Below, piece by piece: positions 63,450 through 64,000 of a DNA stretch of 64,000 nt. Location: contig BQFW01000004.1 in NCBI GenBank assembly GCA_020891255.1, forward strand, positions 1 through 64,000. Direction: 5' to 3'. The DNA comes from Entomortierella parvispora E1425 (Eukaryota > Fungi > Mortierellomycota). Every line of letters begins with the position of its first letter. The stretch's first letter is position 1. The notes under the pieces were generated by a model. It was not told the origin of the DNA. It did no database searches and saw nothing but the letters and a program-made list of their open reading frames with translations. A program made the translations under genes and the position numbers.

Positions 63450-64000
63450 TCATGATATAATGCAGCAGCAGACGCGAGAGTGGCAAGACCGATCGTCCTT
63501 GTTGTACATGTATTCGTCCACATGTCTAGCGTTGGCTTTGGCCCGATCGAGTCGAGCCTCGATATCATCGGGCGAGGTCTCCTCTGCGGGTATTGATCTC
63601 TCTGTGGGGGAAGAGGCAGCTTTGCTGTTCCAAAGTAACCATAGACCTTCATCCGCCTCTTCCTGACCCTCTTGAATTTCATCCGCATCAGGTTCTAATA
63701 GCTCTGGCGGCAAGATGTTCAAGGTAGCTATTGAAGAGCATTGCACATTCATAAACCAACATTTAGGAGTTTGTTCCCAAAACAACAGATAGAAAAGAAG
63801 GTCATCTATGGGCCATTCAGTAGGGGGGATCTGATGCGTATGGTACTTGCCATGATCTGACTTGTGGGAGGGACGTGCTCGTTTCTGGATGATTGCCAGT
63901 TTTGCTTCTGTGGAGAAAGCGAGGGAGGAGGTGAGAACCGAATGTTACTGTTTCCTAAAGTCCCTCTCGGGTCATCATGTCGGATGCAGAGATGAGAGTA
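63450..64000 (-). CDS. 3' part of an unidentified protein ending in CCCIIS (CaaX motif); truncated by the window end
   Basis: The open frame from 64000 (YSHLCIRHDD...QIMA) splices over a short GT-AG intron into NDLLFYLLFWEQTPKCWFMNVQC...SRVCCCIIS*. Confidence 0.7.

Overview
Eukaryotic, intron-rich fungal DNA. Gene style, short GT-AG introns and the gene families (kelch-TM, FAD monooxygenase, Spt23/Mga2) suggest an early-diverging fungus, probably Mortierellaceae (inference). The window appears to start at a chromosome end: a degenerate Nanopore-adapter-like 24-mer (8-31), AAAGGCCAC-like units, then about 11 copies of a non-canonical telomere repeat, mostly CCCTAAAAAA (T6AG3 on the G strand, 91-200). 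A short subtelomere of about 4 kb follows, with purine-skewed tandem repeats and two diverged copies of a coding-like module. About 19 protein genes follow: bacterial-type S9 peptidase, Spt23/Mga2, Arp3, Cyc8/Ssn6, a single-TM protein, a CipC/DUF3759-like protein, a two-finger GATA factor, a kelch-TM protein, Nbs1, a very large arrestin-fold protein, Svp26, a small membrane protein, RimJ/L-type GNAT, FAD monooxygenase, Rpl3, Rio1, a Zn2Cys6 factor, a Rad5/HLTF-like SNF2-RING helicase and the 3' end of a CaaX protein. No CRISPR, rRNA, convincing tRNA or intact transposon was seen, and no single clearly new multi-gene system. Best leads: the T6AG3 telomere and its junction, a synonymously diverged 4x RDGQTQKV array in Nbs1, a stop-free 378-nt in-frame intron in Spt23/Mga2, the decayed duplicated subtelomeric module, and the telomere-proximal bacterial-like peptidase. 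Exon boundaries were read by eye and are approximate.
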